Assembly (NCBI GenBank): GCA_963850305.1
Contig: CAWKKR010000006.1
Coordinates: 128,001-192,000 of the forward strand
From: an uncultured delta proteobacterium
GTDB lineage: Bacteria; Myxococcota_A; Polyangia; Polyangiales; Polyangiaceae
Length of the DNA stretch: 64,000 nt
Direction of reading: 5' to 3'
Positions 20,935 to 32,798 of the stretch are shown piece after piece (positions within the stretch are counted from its first letter, which is position 1; each line of letters starts with the position of its first letter). The notes under the pieces are model-generated. The model did no database searches and was not told the DNA's origin. It worked only from the letters and a program-made list of their open reading frames with translations. A program made the position numbers and the translations under genes.

Positions 20935-21300
20935 TCACCCTGGGCGAAGCAGCTTCCGGATCTTGCGCTGGAAGGTCTGCGTGCAGGTCCCGTGAGAACC
21001 TTCGTATTCGATGATCTCGCGAATGAACCGCGCCTGCGCGTCGGCGGTGTGGCCGCTGGCTCGCACGTCTGCTGCGAGTCGCGTGCCTTCCGCGGTCACC
21101 GGGACCTGAGGGGCGGCGACCACGATTGCCTTGTTGGTGGGCTTGTAGTGCGAGGCCTTCGTCTTCGTGACGTCTCGCATTCCGGAAGGTCCCGCCATCC
21201 TTCGCCCCGTTCCGGCGCAGCTCGGGCACCGTGTCGTCAAACCAAACGAATTGCTGACGCGCCCGTCGCCGCCGCAGACCCCGCACGTTTCAGCGGACAT
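20935..21300 (-). CDS. Small DnaJ-type zinc-finger protein
   Basis: Two CxxCxGxG motifs (CGVCGGDG, CPSCAGTG); no J-domain HPD. Confidence 0.75.
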   Translation of the reverse strand: MSAETCGVCGGDGRVSNSFGLTTRCPSCAGTGRRMAGPSGMRDVTKTKASHYKPTNKAIVVAAPQVPVTAEGTRLAADVRASGHTADAQARFIREIIEYEGSHGTCTQTFQRKIRKLLRPG

Positions 21301-21422
21301 CGACCGACCCGAACCCCTCGCGGCGTGCTTTCGTCATTCGCATCAGTATAGCGCCGGATCAGCGGCGGATGGGTCCATGAAAGTGCTGGCCGCATCCGCG
21401 CTGTCGTGGGATCCGGTCGTTC

Positions 21423-22517
21423 ATGGCTTCGACGGGAAAACCCAGAGTCTGCTTCTTCACGGAGCGGCAGGTCGGCATCAACAGCGTCGCCACGGTCTTG
21501 CAGCGCTATGCCACCGCGCAATCCGACGTCGACGTCACCTGGTGTGACGTGACCTACCACCAGGAGAAAGGGCGGATCGAACGACTCCGCCTCCCGCGCC
21601 GGGTAAAGGGCGTGCTGCGTGGGTACCGGCAAACGGGCGACGGCCTGAGGCACGGGCCCTTCGACGCCCTGTTCTTTCTGACGCACAATCCGGCCGTCTT
21701 TCGGCACGCTGCTCTGCGGGAGACACCGACCTGCATCTGGACCGACGTGACGCCGCTGCAGCTCGATCAGCTCGCGGACGCGTACGAGCATCCCATCTCG
21801 GCCTCGGTTCCTCTTCGGATGCTCAAGCACGCGGCCGTGCGACGCACGTTTCAGCTTTCGCGACGCTGTCTCGGCTGGTCCGATTGGGCACGCCGGTCGT
21901 TCGTCGACGACTACGGCATCGCCGCGGAGAACACCGGCGTGGTCCCGCCGGGGATCGATCTGTCGATCTGGAACGCGCCTCCGAAAGATCCGGGCGAGAG
22001 CGGCCCCTTTCGCATCGTATTCGTCGGCGGCCACTTCGAACGGAAGGGCGGCAAGCTCCTCCTGGACGTGTTCCGCCGAACGCTCAGGGGACGGTGCGAA
22101 CTGTCCCTCGTGACCCGCGACCCGATTGCGGAGGAGCCGGGTGTGCGCGTCTACCGGGGACTCACCGCCGGCAGCGAGCCACTGCAGAACCTGCTCTATC
22201 GCGCGGATGCGTTCGTACTCCCGACGCTCGCGGACTGTCACTCGATCGCCTCACTCGAAGCGATGGCCTGCGGTCTCCCCGTGATCCTCACCCGGATCGG
22301 AGCTGGCGCGGACATAGTGGAGGATGGTGCTTCCGGGTTCCTGATTCCACCCTCCGACTCGAAGGCGCTGGCCGACTCCATTGCGGCTCTCGCTGCGGAT
22401 CCAGCACGTGCGAGAGCCATGGGTGCCCGCGGGCGGGCGCTCGCCCAGCAAAAGTTCGACGCGCGCGTCATGGCGCGCAACATCGTCGACCACCTCCGCG
22501 CCATAGCCGGCCGGTAA
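21423..22517 (+). CDS. Glycosyltransferase family 4 (GT-B)
   Basis: VFVGGHFERKG, FVLPT...EAMACGLPVI. Confidence 0.9.
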   Translation: MASTGKPRVCFFTERQVGINSVATVLQRYATAQSDVDVTWCDVTYHQEKGRIERLRLPRRVKGVLRGYRQTGDGLRHGPFDALFFLTHNPAVFRHAALRETPTCIWTDVTPLQLDQLADAYEHPISASVPLRMLKHAAVRRTFQLSRRCLGWSDWARRSFVDDYGIAAENTGVVPPGIDLSIWNAPPKDPGESGPFRIVFVGGHFERKGGKLLLDVFRRTLRGRCELSLVTRDPIAEEPGVRVYRGLTAGSEPLQNLLYRADAFVLPTLADCHSIASLEAMACGLPVILTRIGAGADIVEDGASGFLIPPSDSKALADSIAALAADPARARAMGARGRALAQQKFDARVMARNIVDHLRAIAGR

Positions 22518-22526
22518 CGGCCGCTG

Positions 22527-22724
22527 CCCCCGCTTGCTCCAGCCGATTCACGGCGCCGAGCGCAGCGAGTACCGGGGGGAGCAGCTGCGAAGCAAGCTGC
22601 GGGGGGTGGGACACCCCCCAGGAACTGATCCCACGCCGTCCCTGCCGTCTCTGAAACCCGGGACACCCCCCAGAACCACTCCCACGTCGCGCACCGTCGT
22701 TTCTGGAACCCGCTTGCTCCAGCC
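22527..22724 (+). repeat. Palindromic repeat-family copy plus duplicated sub-modules
   Basis: 22527-22620 nearly identical to 25019-25112; CCCACGTCGCGCACCGTCGT (22681-22700) equals 25121-25140; CCCGCTTGCTCCAGCC occurs twice. Confidence 0.9.
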
Positions 22725-22733
22725 ACTTCTGGC

Positions 22734-24908
22734 TCAGAGCAGCGTCGTCACACACTCGTACCAGATCTGCTCGCCGCTCAAGCAAGGGAACGACTCCGGC
22801 TCGAGCGCCTTCAGATAGCAGTCGAGGATGTCTGCTGGCGCGGGCGTGCCGTCCGCACGAACGACGTCCACCGCGTTTCCATGGCCGTCGATGACGATGG
22901 CATAAGGAGCACCCGGACTATGGTAACAGTCAGGTACGCCGCACGCCATGAAGAGAGCCTGATCCAGCAGCTGGGTCTGCGCGTCCACGCAAGGGCCCTG
23001 AGTGACGTTCCCTGCGCCGCCGCTCGCCGGGATATCCCCCCCTGCGCCGCCGCTCTCACCGCCGCCGGCGCTCGCCCCGCCCGCAACGCTTCCCGTTGCG
23101 CCCGATACGCCGCCCGACGACGCGCCAGCGGCGCTCCCGCCGGTACCCGCGCCATCGCCCGAGGTCGTTTGGAGAACTCGGCCCCCGCAGCCTGTCGCCG
23201 CCAGAAGGACGAAGCTCGCGGCCATCGCCGAGGCGATCATGAGGTTCGGAGGGGCGTCTCGTTCCCTCGGCGTCGGTCCTTCCAGGCACGCTTGGACCTG
23301 GACGAGTCGGTCGCGCCACGCGCCGAGCTCACCGGCAAGGCCCGAAAGAACGCCGTTCATCGCCGTTTCGCGCGCGGCAGCGGGCATCTCCAGCTTCGAG
23401 AGCGCCAGCGCGAGCCCGTAGGCCTTCACGCGCGCGCGATTCATCGCGCCGAGCGATTCCTGGATCTCGTTGGCCAGATGCGGCCGATACACCGGCAGGC
23501 CGAGCCGTTTGGCCAGAGCGAGATTGATCGCGATGTCGTGCGCGAAGGTGTTCGTCGCGTAGCGCCCGAGGCCCTGCAACCTTATTCGAATGAGCGCCGC
23601 GCGGAACCGATTGATCACGGCGTCCTTCGGCTCGTAGCGCATCGCGAGCATGCCGCCGGTGACGCGGCCTTCGCGGTGGAGCGTGCGGTACGACTGGGTG
23701 CCGGGGTAGACGGCCATCGACAGCACGTCGAAGTGAATCGGCGGGAGCGTCGACAGCGCTTCGAGCTCGTCCTCGATTCCCTCCGGCGTCGCGTCCGGAT
23801 GCACGATGAGCGAGTTGAACGTCGTGACGATCCCACGCTCGGTTAGCCGCTTCAAGAGAGCGCGATTCTCGTCGACCCCGGCGCCGCGCCCGAGCGACCG
23901 CAGCTGCTTCGACGTGAGTCCCTCGATGCCGACCGACACGCGGATCACCCCGAGTTTCTCGAGGAGATCGAGGACGGGCGGCGTCAGGGTTTCCGGGTCC
24001 GCCTGGAGGCACCAGGCCGTCTTTCGAACGCCGCGCTGCTCCAGCGCTCCTATCAAGCCTTCCAGCCACGCGGTCGCGCGCGCCGTTCCGCCCGATAGAA
24101 GATTCTCGTCCACGACCTGAAAGAAGCGCGCGCCGCTCTCGTGGTAGAGTTCCGCGACCTCGTCCGCCAGGTCGACGTGGTGGCGGTATCTCGTCTTTCC
24201 CACGCCTGCTTCGGACAGGGCTTCGCGCGAGAGGCCAGCCTTTCGTCCTTCGTCGATCGCTCCGAGCTGCAGTGCGGCGGGCGCGCAATACGGACAGCGT
24301 CCGGGGCAACCACGCGACGCCGACAGGCGCGCGGTCGGGACCCCGATCAAGCGCGGCAACGGCTCGGCGTGCACAGGACGAATCTGCATGGGTGTGGGAT
24401 CGGAGACGGGCGACGGCGGACCGTCTCCGTTCCGCGTCGTGATTCCCGCGATGTCGAGCCAGGGGGCTCCCTCACTCAGCCGCTTCGCGAGCTCGGTCAC
24501 CGGCAGCTCGCCGTCGTGCCGGATCACCGAGTCGATACCGGGGTGGCGTGCGAGCAATTCACCCCGCACGAGCGTCGCAACCGGACCGCCGCACGTGATG
24601 TGCCCGACGTATCCCCGAGCCCGCAGGTACCGGACGAACGCGAGCGCGTCAATCGTCGAATCGGAGTCGGGCATCGACAAGCCGACGAGCTCCGTGCCTC
24701 GTTCGAAGATGCGGTCCGCTGCCGCCGCGAGCGAATCCGGGCCCGACAAGGGGACCACGAACGCGCGGTGACCCGCTCCTTCGAGCGCGGCCAGCAGATA
24801 GCGCAAGCTCAGATTCTCCGCGCCGCGTTCCTCGCGCCCGACGAGCGCCACCTTCGTCGAACCACCGCGCCGTTCGTCGACCCTGCGAATCCCGACCAAC
24901 CCACTCAT
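22734..24908 (-). CDS. Cobalamin-binding radical SAM protein with fused C-terminal lipoprotein-like Cys-containing module
   Basis: B12-binding-like N-terminus (ENLSLRYL, HITCGGPVAT, DGE); SRGCPGRCPYC cluster motif; VDEN; C-terminal MIASAMAASFVLLAATGC, Gly-rich linker and 6-Cys domain. Confidence 0.85.
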   Translation of the reverse strand: MSGLVGIRRVDERRGGSTKVALVGREERGAENLSLRYLLAALEGAGHRAFVVPLSGPDSLAAAADRIFERGTELVGLSMPDSDSTIDALAFVRYLRARGYVGHITCGGPVATLVRGELLARHPGIDSVIRHDGELPVTELAKRLSEGAPWLDIAGITTRNGDGPPSPVSDPTPMQIRPVHAEPLPRLIGVPTARLSASRGCPGRCPYCAPAALQLGAIDEGRKAGLSREALSEAGVGKTRYRHHVDLADEVAELYHESGARFFQVVDENLLSGGTARATAWLEGLIGALEQRGVRKTAWCLQADPETLTPPVLDLLEKLGVIRVSVGIEGLTSKQLRSLGRGAGVDENRALLKRLTERGIVTTFNSLIVHPDATPEGIEDELEALSTLPPIHFDVLSMAVYPGTQSYRTLHREGRVTGGMLAMRYEPKDAVINRFRAALIRIRLQGLGRYATNTFAHDIAINLALAKRLGLPVYRPHLANEIQESLGAMNRARVKAYGLALALSKLEMPAAARETAMNGVLSGLAGELGAWRDRLVQVQACLEGPTPRERDAPPNLMIASAMAASFVLLAATGCGGRVLQTTSGDGAGTGGSAAGASSGGVSGATGSVAGGASAGGGESGGAGGDIPASGGAGNVTQGPCVDAQTQLLDQALFMACGVPDCYHSPGAPYAIVIDGHGNAVDVVRADGTPAPADILDCYLKALEPESFPCLSGEQIWYECVTTLL

Positions 24909-24992
24909 ACCCGCGAGAGTATTCGATCCCGGCGACTCACAGCCGAGCAACGACAAGTAACTCGCCGACGCGTCGCGTAAATAGGCTCATCA

Positions 24993-25140
24993 CTGCCGTC
25001 TCTGACCCCCGTCTCTGACCCCCGCTTGCTCCAGCCGATTCACAGCGCCGAGCGCAGCGAGTACCGGGGGGAGCAGTTGCGAAGCAAGCTGCGGGGGGTG
25101 AGACACCCCCCAGACCCAATCCCACGTCGCGCACCGTCGT
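24993..25140 (+). repeat. Palindromic repeat-family copy (direct repeat of the 22527-22700 modules)
   Basis: Direct sequence comparison; internal hairpins GCAGTTGC-GAA-GCAAGCTGC and GGGGGGTG-AGA-CACCCCCC. Confidence 0.9.
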
Positions 25141-25874
25141 CAGTGGATGGCGGTCGCGGCGTCGCGCGCGCCTGCGTCGCCGTTCGGTGTCACCGAGCCG
25201 CCGGATTTCGAGCACACGCCCGTGCAGGTGGAGGCCGCGGGGCACGCGTCCGCCGTCCCGCCATTGCACTCGACGGGACATGCTGCCGACGGGCCGCACT
25301 CGACCATACAGCTCGCGCTCCCTTCGCACTTCGCGGTGCAGCCGCCGCTCGGGCATCGGATGGTGCAGTCGCTGTTCCCGGTGCACGACAGTGTCGACCC
25401 GGCGCCGAGCGTGATGGCGCACGCGCTGCCTCCCGCGCACGTGACGTCGCTGTTCGTGCCGGTGGCGAGCGTGCACTGGCTCGTGCCGGCGCAGCTCGAG
25501 GTGCAGTCCGCGGCACAGCTACCCGAGCACGTCGATTTTCCGTCGCACGTCGACGTACACCCCGTGCCGCACGTGAGGTTGCACTGCCCCTTCGCGTCGC
25601 AGTGGTATGCGACGCCGCTCGGCGGAGACCCCACCGCGACGAACGCGCCGTCCGCGCCGCGATCGCCTCCCGTGTTCGCGGGCTCGATACCGAACGTGCA
25701 CGTCCCGCCCGTCTTGCACGAGCACGCGCCCCCGCTGCACAGACAGTCGCCCGCGCAAGTGGCGGTTCCAGTGATCGGACCGTCGGACGAGGCGCACCCG
25801 GGAGTGAACGCGAAGAGGACCGCCGCGAGCGATGTCCCGGCGGCCGAGAGACCACGAAGAGGTCGAGAACGCAT
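25140..25874 (-). CDS. Cysteine-rich lipoprotein
   Basis: Signal peptide with TPGC lipobox-like site; about 30 Cys in periodic CxxxC/Cx5C repeats. Confidence 0.8.
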   Translation of the reverse strand: MRSRPLRGLSAAGTSLAAVLFAFTPGCASSDGPITGTATCAGDCLCSGGACSCKTGGTCTFGIEPANTGGDRGADGAFVAVGSPPSGVAYHCDAKGQCNLTCGTGCTSTCDGKSTCSGSCAADCTSSCAGTSQCTLATGTNSDVTCAGGSACAITLGAGSTLSCTGNSDCTIRCPSGGCTAKCEGSASCMVECGPSAACPVECNGGTADACPAASTCTGVCSKSGGSVTPNGDAGARDAATAIH

Positions 25875-25937
25875 GCCCGTTCGAGGCACTTCGGCCGCGA
25901 AATTATGAGGGCGGGTGTTCGTGCGCGTGAATCACTT

Positions 25938-26025
<88 letters not shown>

Positions 26026-26091
26026 CCGGCGCGCGCCATCGCGGTCGGCTTCGGTCGCCATGCATGAGCTCACTCACGTACTGGCTCCGGG

Positions 26092-26178
26092 CGGAGAGAG
26101 TGGGATTCGAACCCACGGTACCCTTGCGGGTACGCCTGATTTCGAATCAGGTACCTTCGGCCGCTCGGTCATCTCTCC
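26092..26178 (-). tRNA. tRNA-Ser (CGA)
   Basis: GGAGAGA acceptor stem; anticodon arm CCTGA-TTCGAAA-TCAGG; long variable arm; GTTCGAATCC; no encoded CCA. Confidence 0.95.
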
Positions 26179-26346
26179 GCGGCGGAATCTGGCAGCCATG
26201 ATCCGAGCTGTCAACGGTTTGGGAGCGTCTTTTCCGCGGTATTGGGAGTCGAGCTTTCCCCTGGGGCGGAAGTGGCTCTAGGCTCACGAGTCTAGGCTTT
26301 TCACGGAACGCCGGTGCTCGCCGTGGCGGCCGAAGAAGTCGCGGAA

Positions 26347-28440
<2,094 letters not shown>

Positions 28441-28527
28441 GGCCGAGCATACCCTGGACGCTTCGGGCCGTCGACCGGCGTCGCGAAAGACTCACGCATG
28501 TCCCAGGAGTGATAAAGATATCCTCGA

Positions 28528-29577
28528 GTGTCACGGGTTTCCGCTTCAACGCCACCGGAGTCGCGGCGCCGCGCTGGCGGTCACGGCGACCACGGGGTTC
28601 GGGAGCATCGCCACGGCGCCGGAGGTCCCGATCGAGACCATGACCACGCAGGTCACGCGCACGGCGTTCACGGCCACGGGTCCGATGCGCCGGGTCGCGC
28701 GCTTCGATGGGCGCTGGTGCTCACGACCGGATACATGTTCGTCGAGGCCGCCGCCGGAGCGTGGACGGGAGGCCTCGCGCTCCTCGCGGACGCAGGACAT
28801 ATGCTCGCGGACGCGGCGTCGCTCGGCCTCGCCCTGGTCGCGAGTGAATGGGCCAAGCGACCTCGCACGGCGACCACCACGTTCGGGCACCTCCGCGCGG
28901 AGGTTCTCGCCGCGTTCGTGAATGGCATTGCGCTCGCGGTGACCGCGCTGGCGATCATCGTCGAAGCCGTGGAGCGCTGGCAAGCGCCACGCGACATCCG
29001 GGCGCTCGAGATGCTCGTCGCGGCAACGGTGGGCCTGGGCGTCAACGTGCTCGTGGCCGTCATCCTCGCTCGCGCCGGCAAGGGCAACGTGAACGTCCGG
29101 GCCGCATTCGCGCACGTCGCAACCGACGCGCTGGGGTCCCTCGGGGCGATGAGTGCGGCCGTCGTGGTGCTCTTCTTCGGCTGGAAGCGCGCCGACGCCG
29201 GCGTGTCACTCGGCATAGCCCTGCTCGTCGCTTACAGCGGCTGGCGCGTGCTTCGCGAGACCACATCCATCTTGCTCGAGGCTGCGCCCAGCCACATCGA
29301 CGTCGCCGCAGTCGAGCGCGCCATTCTCGAATGTTCCGGCGTCGGCGGTGTCCACGATCTGCATGTCTGGCGGATCTCGGATCGATTCGACGCGTTGACC
29401 GTCCACGTGACCCTCACGCAGGGTGCGCACGGAGTGGAGGTTTGCCGTGACGTTGCGAAACGAATCGAAGATGGCTTCGGGCTCGAACACGTGACCGTAC
29501 AGCCCGAGGCGCCGCCACCGGAAGAGGTCGTGCCCCTCCGCTCCAGCCGGGACGGGCGGCCCCTAGTCGTGCCCTGA
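28528..29577 (+). CDS. Cation diffusion facilitator (CzcD/ZitB-like) transporter
   Basis: His-rich N-terminus; LLADAGHMLAD, AFAHVATD, VHDLHVW, HVTVQPE. Confidence 0.92.
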   Translation: MSRVSASTPPESRRRAGGHGDHGVREHRHGAGGPDRDHDHAGHAHGVHGHGSDAPGRALRWALVLTTGYMFVEAAAGAWTGGLALLADAGHMLADAASLGLALVASEWAKRPRTATTTFGHLRAEVLAAFVNGIALAVTALAIIVEAVERWQAPRDIRALEMLVAATVGLGVNVLVAVILARAGKGNVNVRAAFAHVATDALGSLGAMSAAVVVLFFGWKRADAGVSLGIALLVAYSGWRVLRETTSILLEAAPSHIDVAAVERAILECSGVGGVHDLHVWRISDRFDALTVHVTLTQGAHGVEVCRDVAKRIEDGFGLEHVTVQPEAPPPEEVVPLRSSRDGRPLVVP

Positions 29578-29608
29578 TTCACGAGCCTTGTGATAGCCTG
29601 CGAGGCGC

Positions 29609-30007
29609 ATGACCACGACCCCCGAGGATCTGGAAACGTTCCTGCGGCGCCTCGATCGCGCCTTCGAGAAAGTCGATGCGTCGACGTATCTCGTGAGCCT
29701 CGGGCAGAACCTGCCTGCCGCGGTCCTCAAGCTCGCGCCGCCGGTCCTCGTCGTCCAGGTGGACGTGGCGGAAGCTCCCAGCGAAAACCCGTCCCTCGAG
29801 GCCAGGCTCTTTCGCCGACTCCTCGAATTGAACGCGACGGACCTCGTTTACGCGGCGTTCGGCATCGAAGGAAGTCGGATCATCATCGATGCGGCGATGG
29901 ACCTCGACGCGATGCGCCTGCACGATCTCGAGCGCCTGCTCTCGAACCTGGATCTCTCGCTCGCCGAGCACGTGCCACATCTGCGTGACCTGGTGAAGAA
30001 GGGCTGA
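29609..30007 (+). CDS. YbjN/CesT-like chaperone-fold protein
   Basis: LFRRLLELNATDLVYAAFG motif; 132 aa; directly upstream of pspA. Confidence 0.65.
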   Translation: MTTTPEDLETFLRRLDRAFEKVDASTYLVSLGQNLPAAVLKLAPPVLVVQVDVAEAPSENPSLEARLFRRLLELNATDLVYAAFGIEGSRIIIDAAMDLDAMRLHDLERLLSNLDLSLAEHVPHLRDLVKKG

Positions 30008-30015
30008 CGGAGACC

Positions 30016-30825
30016 ATGGGAATTTTCGCGCGGCTGGCCACCCTCATCAAGGCGAACATCAACGATCTGATCAGCAAGTCCGAAGACCCGGAGAAGATGC
30101 TGAACCAGATCGTCGTCGAGATGGGCAAGCAACTCGAGGAGGCAAAGAAGCAAGTCGCTGCGGCCATCGCCGATGACATGCGGCTGGCGAAGCAAGTGGA
30201 GGCCGAGACAGCGGCGGCTGCCGAGTGGGAACGGCGCGCGATGCTCGCGGTGCGGGCAGGGGACGACGCGCTCGCGAAGGAGGCTCTCGCGCGCCGCAAG
30301 GAGCACGCGGACACCGCGGAGCAATACCGTGCCCAGTCGCAGAAGCAGAAAGCGGGCGTCGACCAGTTGAAGCTTGCGCTTCGAGCCCTCAACAACAAGA
30401 TCGAGGAGGCGAAGCGCAAGAAGGGACTGCTCATCGCCCGCAAGAAGCGCGCTGAAGCACAGAAGGCGATCCAGGAGACCCTCGGTGGTATCAAGAGCGC
30501 GAGCGCGTTCGAGGCGTTCGACGAGATGTCGCAGCGCATCGAGCGGATGGAAGCGGAGGGCGAAGCGAGCGCCGAGCTTGCGAAGGAGTATTCAGGGGAC
30601 GTCGTCGCCCAGAAGTTCCAGAACCTCGAGAGCACCGCGGGAGCGGACGAAGATCTGCTCGCTCTGAAGCAGAAGATGGGTCTCGCGCCGCCGGCTGTCG
30701 CTCCGCAAGCGGTGCGCGTGGAAGCGCCCCCCGCCGGGGGCGACCAATCGGAGCAGGACGAACTCGCCAGAGCCCTCGCCGATCTGGAAGCCGGCGAACG
30801 CCGCGAGCTCACCGCGAAGCGCTGA
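30016..30825 (+). CDS. pspA: PspA/IM30 family protein
   Basis: MGIFARL...KANINDLISKSEDPEKMLNQ; coiled-coil body. Confidence 0.92.
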   Translation: MGIFARLATLIKANINDLISKSEDPEKMLNQIVVEMGKQLEEAKKQVAAAIADDMRLAKQVEAETAAAAEWERRAMLAVRAGDDALAKEALARRKEHADTAEQYRAQSQKQKAGVDQLKLALRALNNKIEEAKRKKGLLIARKKRAEAQKAIQETLGGIKSASAFEAFDEMSQRIERMEAEGEASAELAKEYSGDVVAQKFQNLESTAGADEDLLALKQKMGLAPPAVAPQAVRVEAPPAGGDQSEQDELARALADLEAGERRELTAKR

Positions 30826-32798
30826 TGAGGCTGTCGGACCGTCGTCGGGCGCCGACTGCGCGGAGGGTCGCCATCTGCCTCGGAACGGTGCTGAGCCTCG
30901 GCGCGTCCGGCGCCCAGGCTCGCGGGCGTCCACTCGACGCCGTGATGCTCGGCACGGGGAGCGAGAAGGTCCGGATCGACGGCTTGCTTCGCGAGTGGCC
31001 GGCGAGGCTGGACGCTCTGGACGAGGCGCTTCGAGGCAGCTCGAGCGGCGACCCGAGCGCAACCGGCGCGATTGGCTACGACGACAGGAACCTCTACGTC
31101 GCGATGAAGATTCGCGATCGCAAGCTCGTAAGAACGCCCGAGTTCGGCGATGGCGAGGATTACGGGGACCTCGAGATCGCCTTCCCGACGCGACGGGGGT
31201 TCGTCGGTTATTCCGTGCGGCTCTACGCGGGGGAGATCGGTCGTAGCGCGGGCGCCGTGAAGATCGCCGGTAACGTCGTACGCGGCGCGCGCCTCGTCGA
31301 GGCACCCGCCGAGGGGGGGTACACGCTCGAGGTCTCGCTGCCGTGGAACACCTTTCCGGAATCGAACGCGATCCGCGTCGGTATACGTGCGGCCCTCCGC
31401 TACTACGACGCGGACTCACCAGGTCGAGTCCACGCGGTGATCGCGACCAGCGGCGGCACTGGTGCGGCGCTACCGCCGTTGCTGTTGGAGGCCGAGCAGG
31501 GACTCTACCGAAGTCTCGTCCGCAGGAAGAACCTGCCGGAGATGCCGACGCGTTTTGCGGTGGGTGACATCGCGGGTGATCGAACTCTCGAGGCCGTCGC
31601 CGTTTACGGAAACGCGCTGATCGTCGTCGGGTCTGCGTATCGCCGCGGCAAGGAGTATTTCTTTCAGGACCTGGGAGACGACGCGAGCGCGACTCGCCTC
31701 GACCTCGTGGACCTGACCGGTGAAGGCAAGGACGACATCGTGGTCGGCAAACGTATCGGCACGCGGGACCAGTACCGCGAAGTGCTGGAAGTGCTCCGCG
31801 TATCGAGCGGCGACACGCCCTACGTGGCATTTCAGCGCGAGATTGGCATCGTCACGAAGAAGGGCGAGATCGAGAACGACGTTTCCTTCAAGCGAAACGG
31901 GTCGAAGATCGATCTGGTTTTTTCGCAGGGCAAAGCGGTCGGATTCGATCCGGCGACGTATGACGAGCCGATGCCGGACGGGATGGACTCGGCGCTCCTG
32001 CCCTGGCAAACCCTGAGGAGCCGCACGTTCGAGTGGGACGGCAAGCAGTTCGCAGCCGCGGGAAGCGAGACCTGGCAGCCGACGATGCAGGCGCCATCCC
32101 CGGCGGCGCCGCGACCGGTGGCAGCCGCGGAGGAAGAAGTCGCGGCGCCTCCGCCGCCACGAGCACCATCTCCGGACGAGCTTCTCGAACGGGTGTATGC
32201 GCTATATAGGCGCGATCACAGGGTCGGCATTCAACGCCCGCGGTTCGACTTCGTGGCGGACGTGGCCGGGGATGCGAGGCCGGAGCGGGTGCTCGTGCAC
32301 GGCAAGGACATCGTCGTCTTCGGCAAAGGATTCAAGGAGGGCTTGAGTTACGTTTACACGACCATCGGCGTCGAATCGCCGAAGGACGTGCTGTCCGTCA
32401 CGGCCCGCGACGTCACGGGAGACGGTAAAGCGGAGATCATCGTCCGCGGCGTATTGCACGCCAAAGCGAGCGCCCCGATGGGGGGCAAAGTGGTCGATCG
32501 CGACGCCTTCTACCTCTACGAGGTGAGCGACTCCGGCATCAACCGCATCTTCGCGGCCGAGACGGGCAGGGCGCTCGGAAAGGACCGGATCGTCGACAAC
32601 GTCCGTTTCGTTCCTCGCGGCAAGGCGGTCGCGTTGGAGCTGCAGGCCGGGCGTGCCATCGGATGGACGGACACGACATATCCCTTCCCGATCGACAAAT
32701 ATCCCTACGCCGGGCTCGAACCGCTGCTGGTCCCCTGGGGTGACGTGACGTCGAAGCGCTATCGCTTCGACGGAAGCGCCTTCGTGGCCGAGCCGTGA
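30825..32798 (+). CDS. Secreted protein with CBM9/DOMON-like N-domain and FG-GAP-like repeats
   Basis: Signal peptide; IDGLLREW...YDDRNLYVA...YTLEVSLPW; repeated D(L/V)xGxGxx(D/E) motifs. Confidence 0.6.
   Translation: MRLSDRRRAPTARRVAICLGTVLSLGASGAQARGRPLDAVMLGTGSEKVRIDGLLREWPARLDALDEALRGSSSGDPSATGAIGYDDRNLYVAMKIRDRKLVRTPEFGDGEDYGDLEIAFPTRRGFVGYSVRLYAGEIGRSAGAVKIAGNVVRGARLVEAPAEGGYTLEVSLPWNTFPESNAIRVGIRAALRYYDADSPGRVHAVIATSGGTGAALPPLLLEAEQGLYRSLVRRKNLPEMPTRFAVGDIAGDRTLEAVAVYGNALIVVGSAYRRGKEYFFQDLGDDASATRLDLVDLTGEGKDDIVVGKRIGTRDQYREVLEVLRVSSGDTPYVAFQREIGIVTKKGEIENDVSFKRNGSKIDLVFSQGKAVGFDPATYDEPMPDGMDSALLPWQTLRSRTFEWDGKQFAAAGSETWQPTMQAPSPAAPRPVAAAEEEVAAPPPPRAPSPDELLERVYALYRRDHRVGIQRPRFDFVADVAGDARPERVLVHGKDIVVFGKGFKEGLSYVYTTIGVESPKDVLSVTARDVTGDGKAEIIVRGVLHAKASAPMGGKVVDRDAFYLYEVSDSGINRIFAAETGRALGKDRIVDNVRFVPRGKAVALELQAGRAIGWTDTTYPFPIDKYPYAGLEPLLVPWGDVTSKRYRFDGSAFVAEP

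Noticed and set aside
20935..21300. dnaJ chaperone
   Set aside because: Only two zinc-finger motifs, no HPD J-domain, 121 aa
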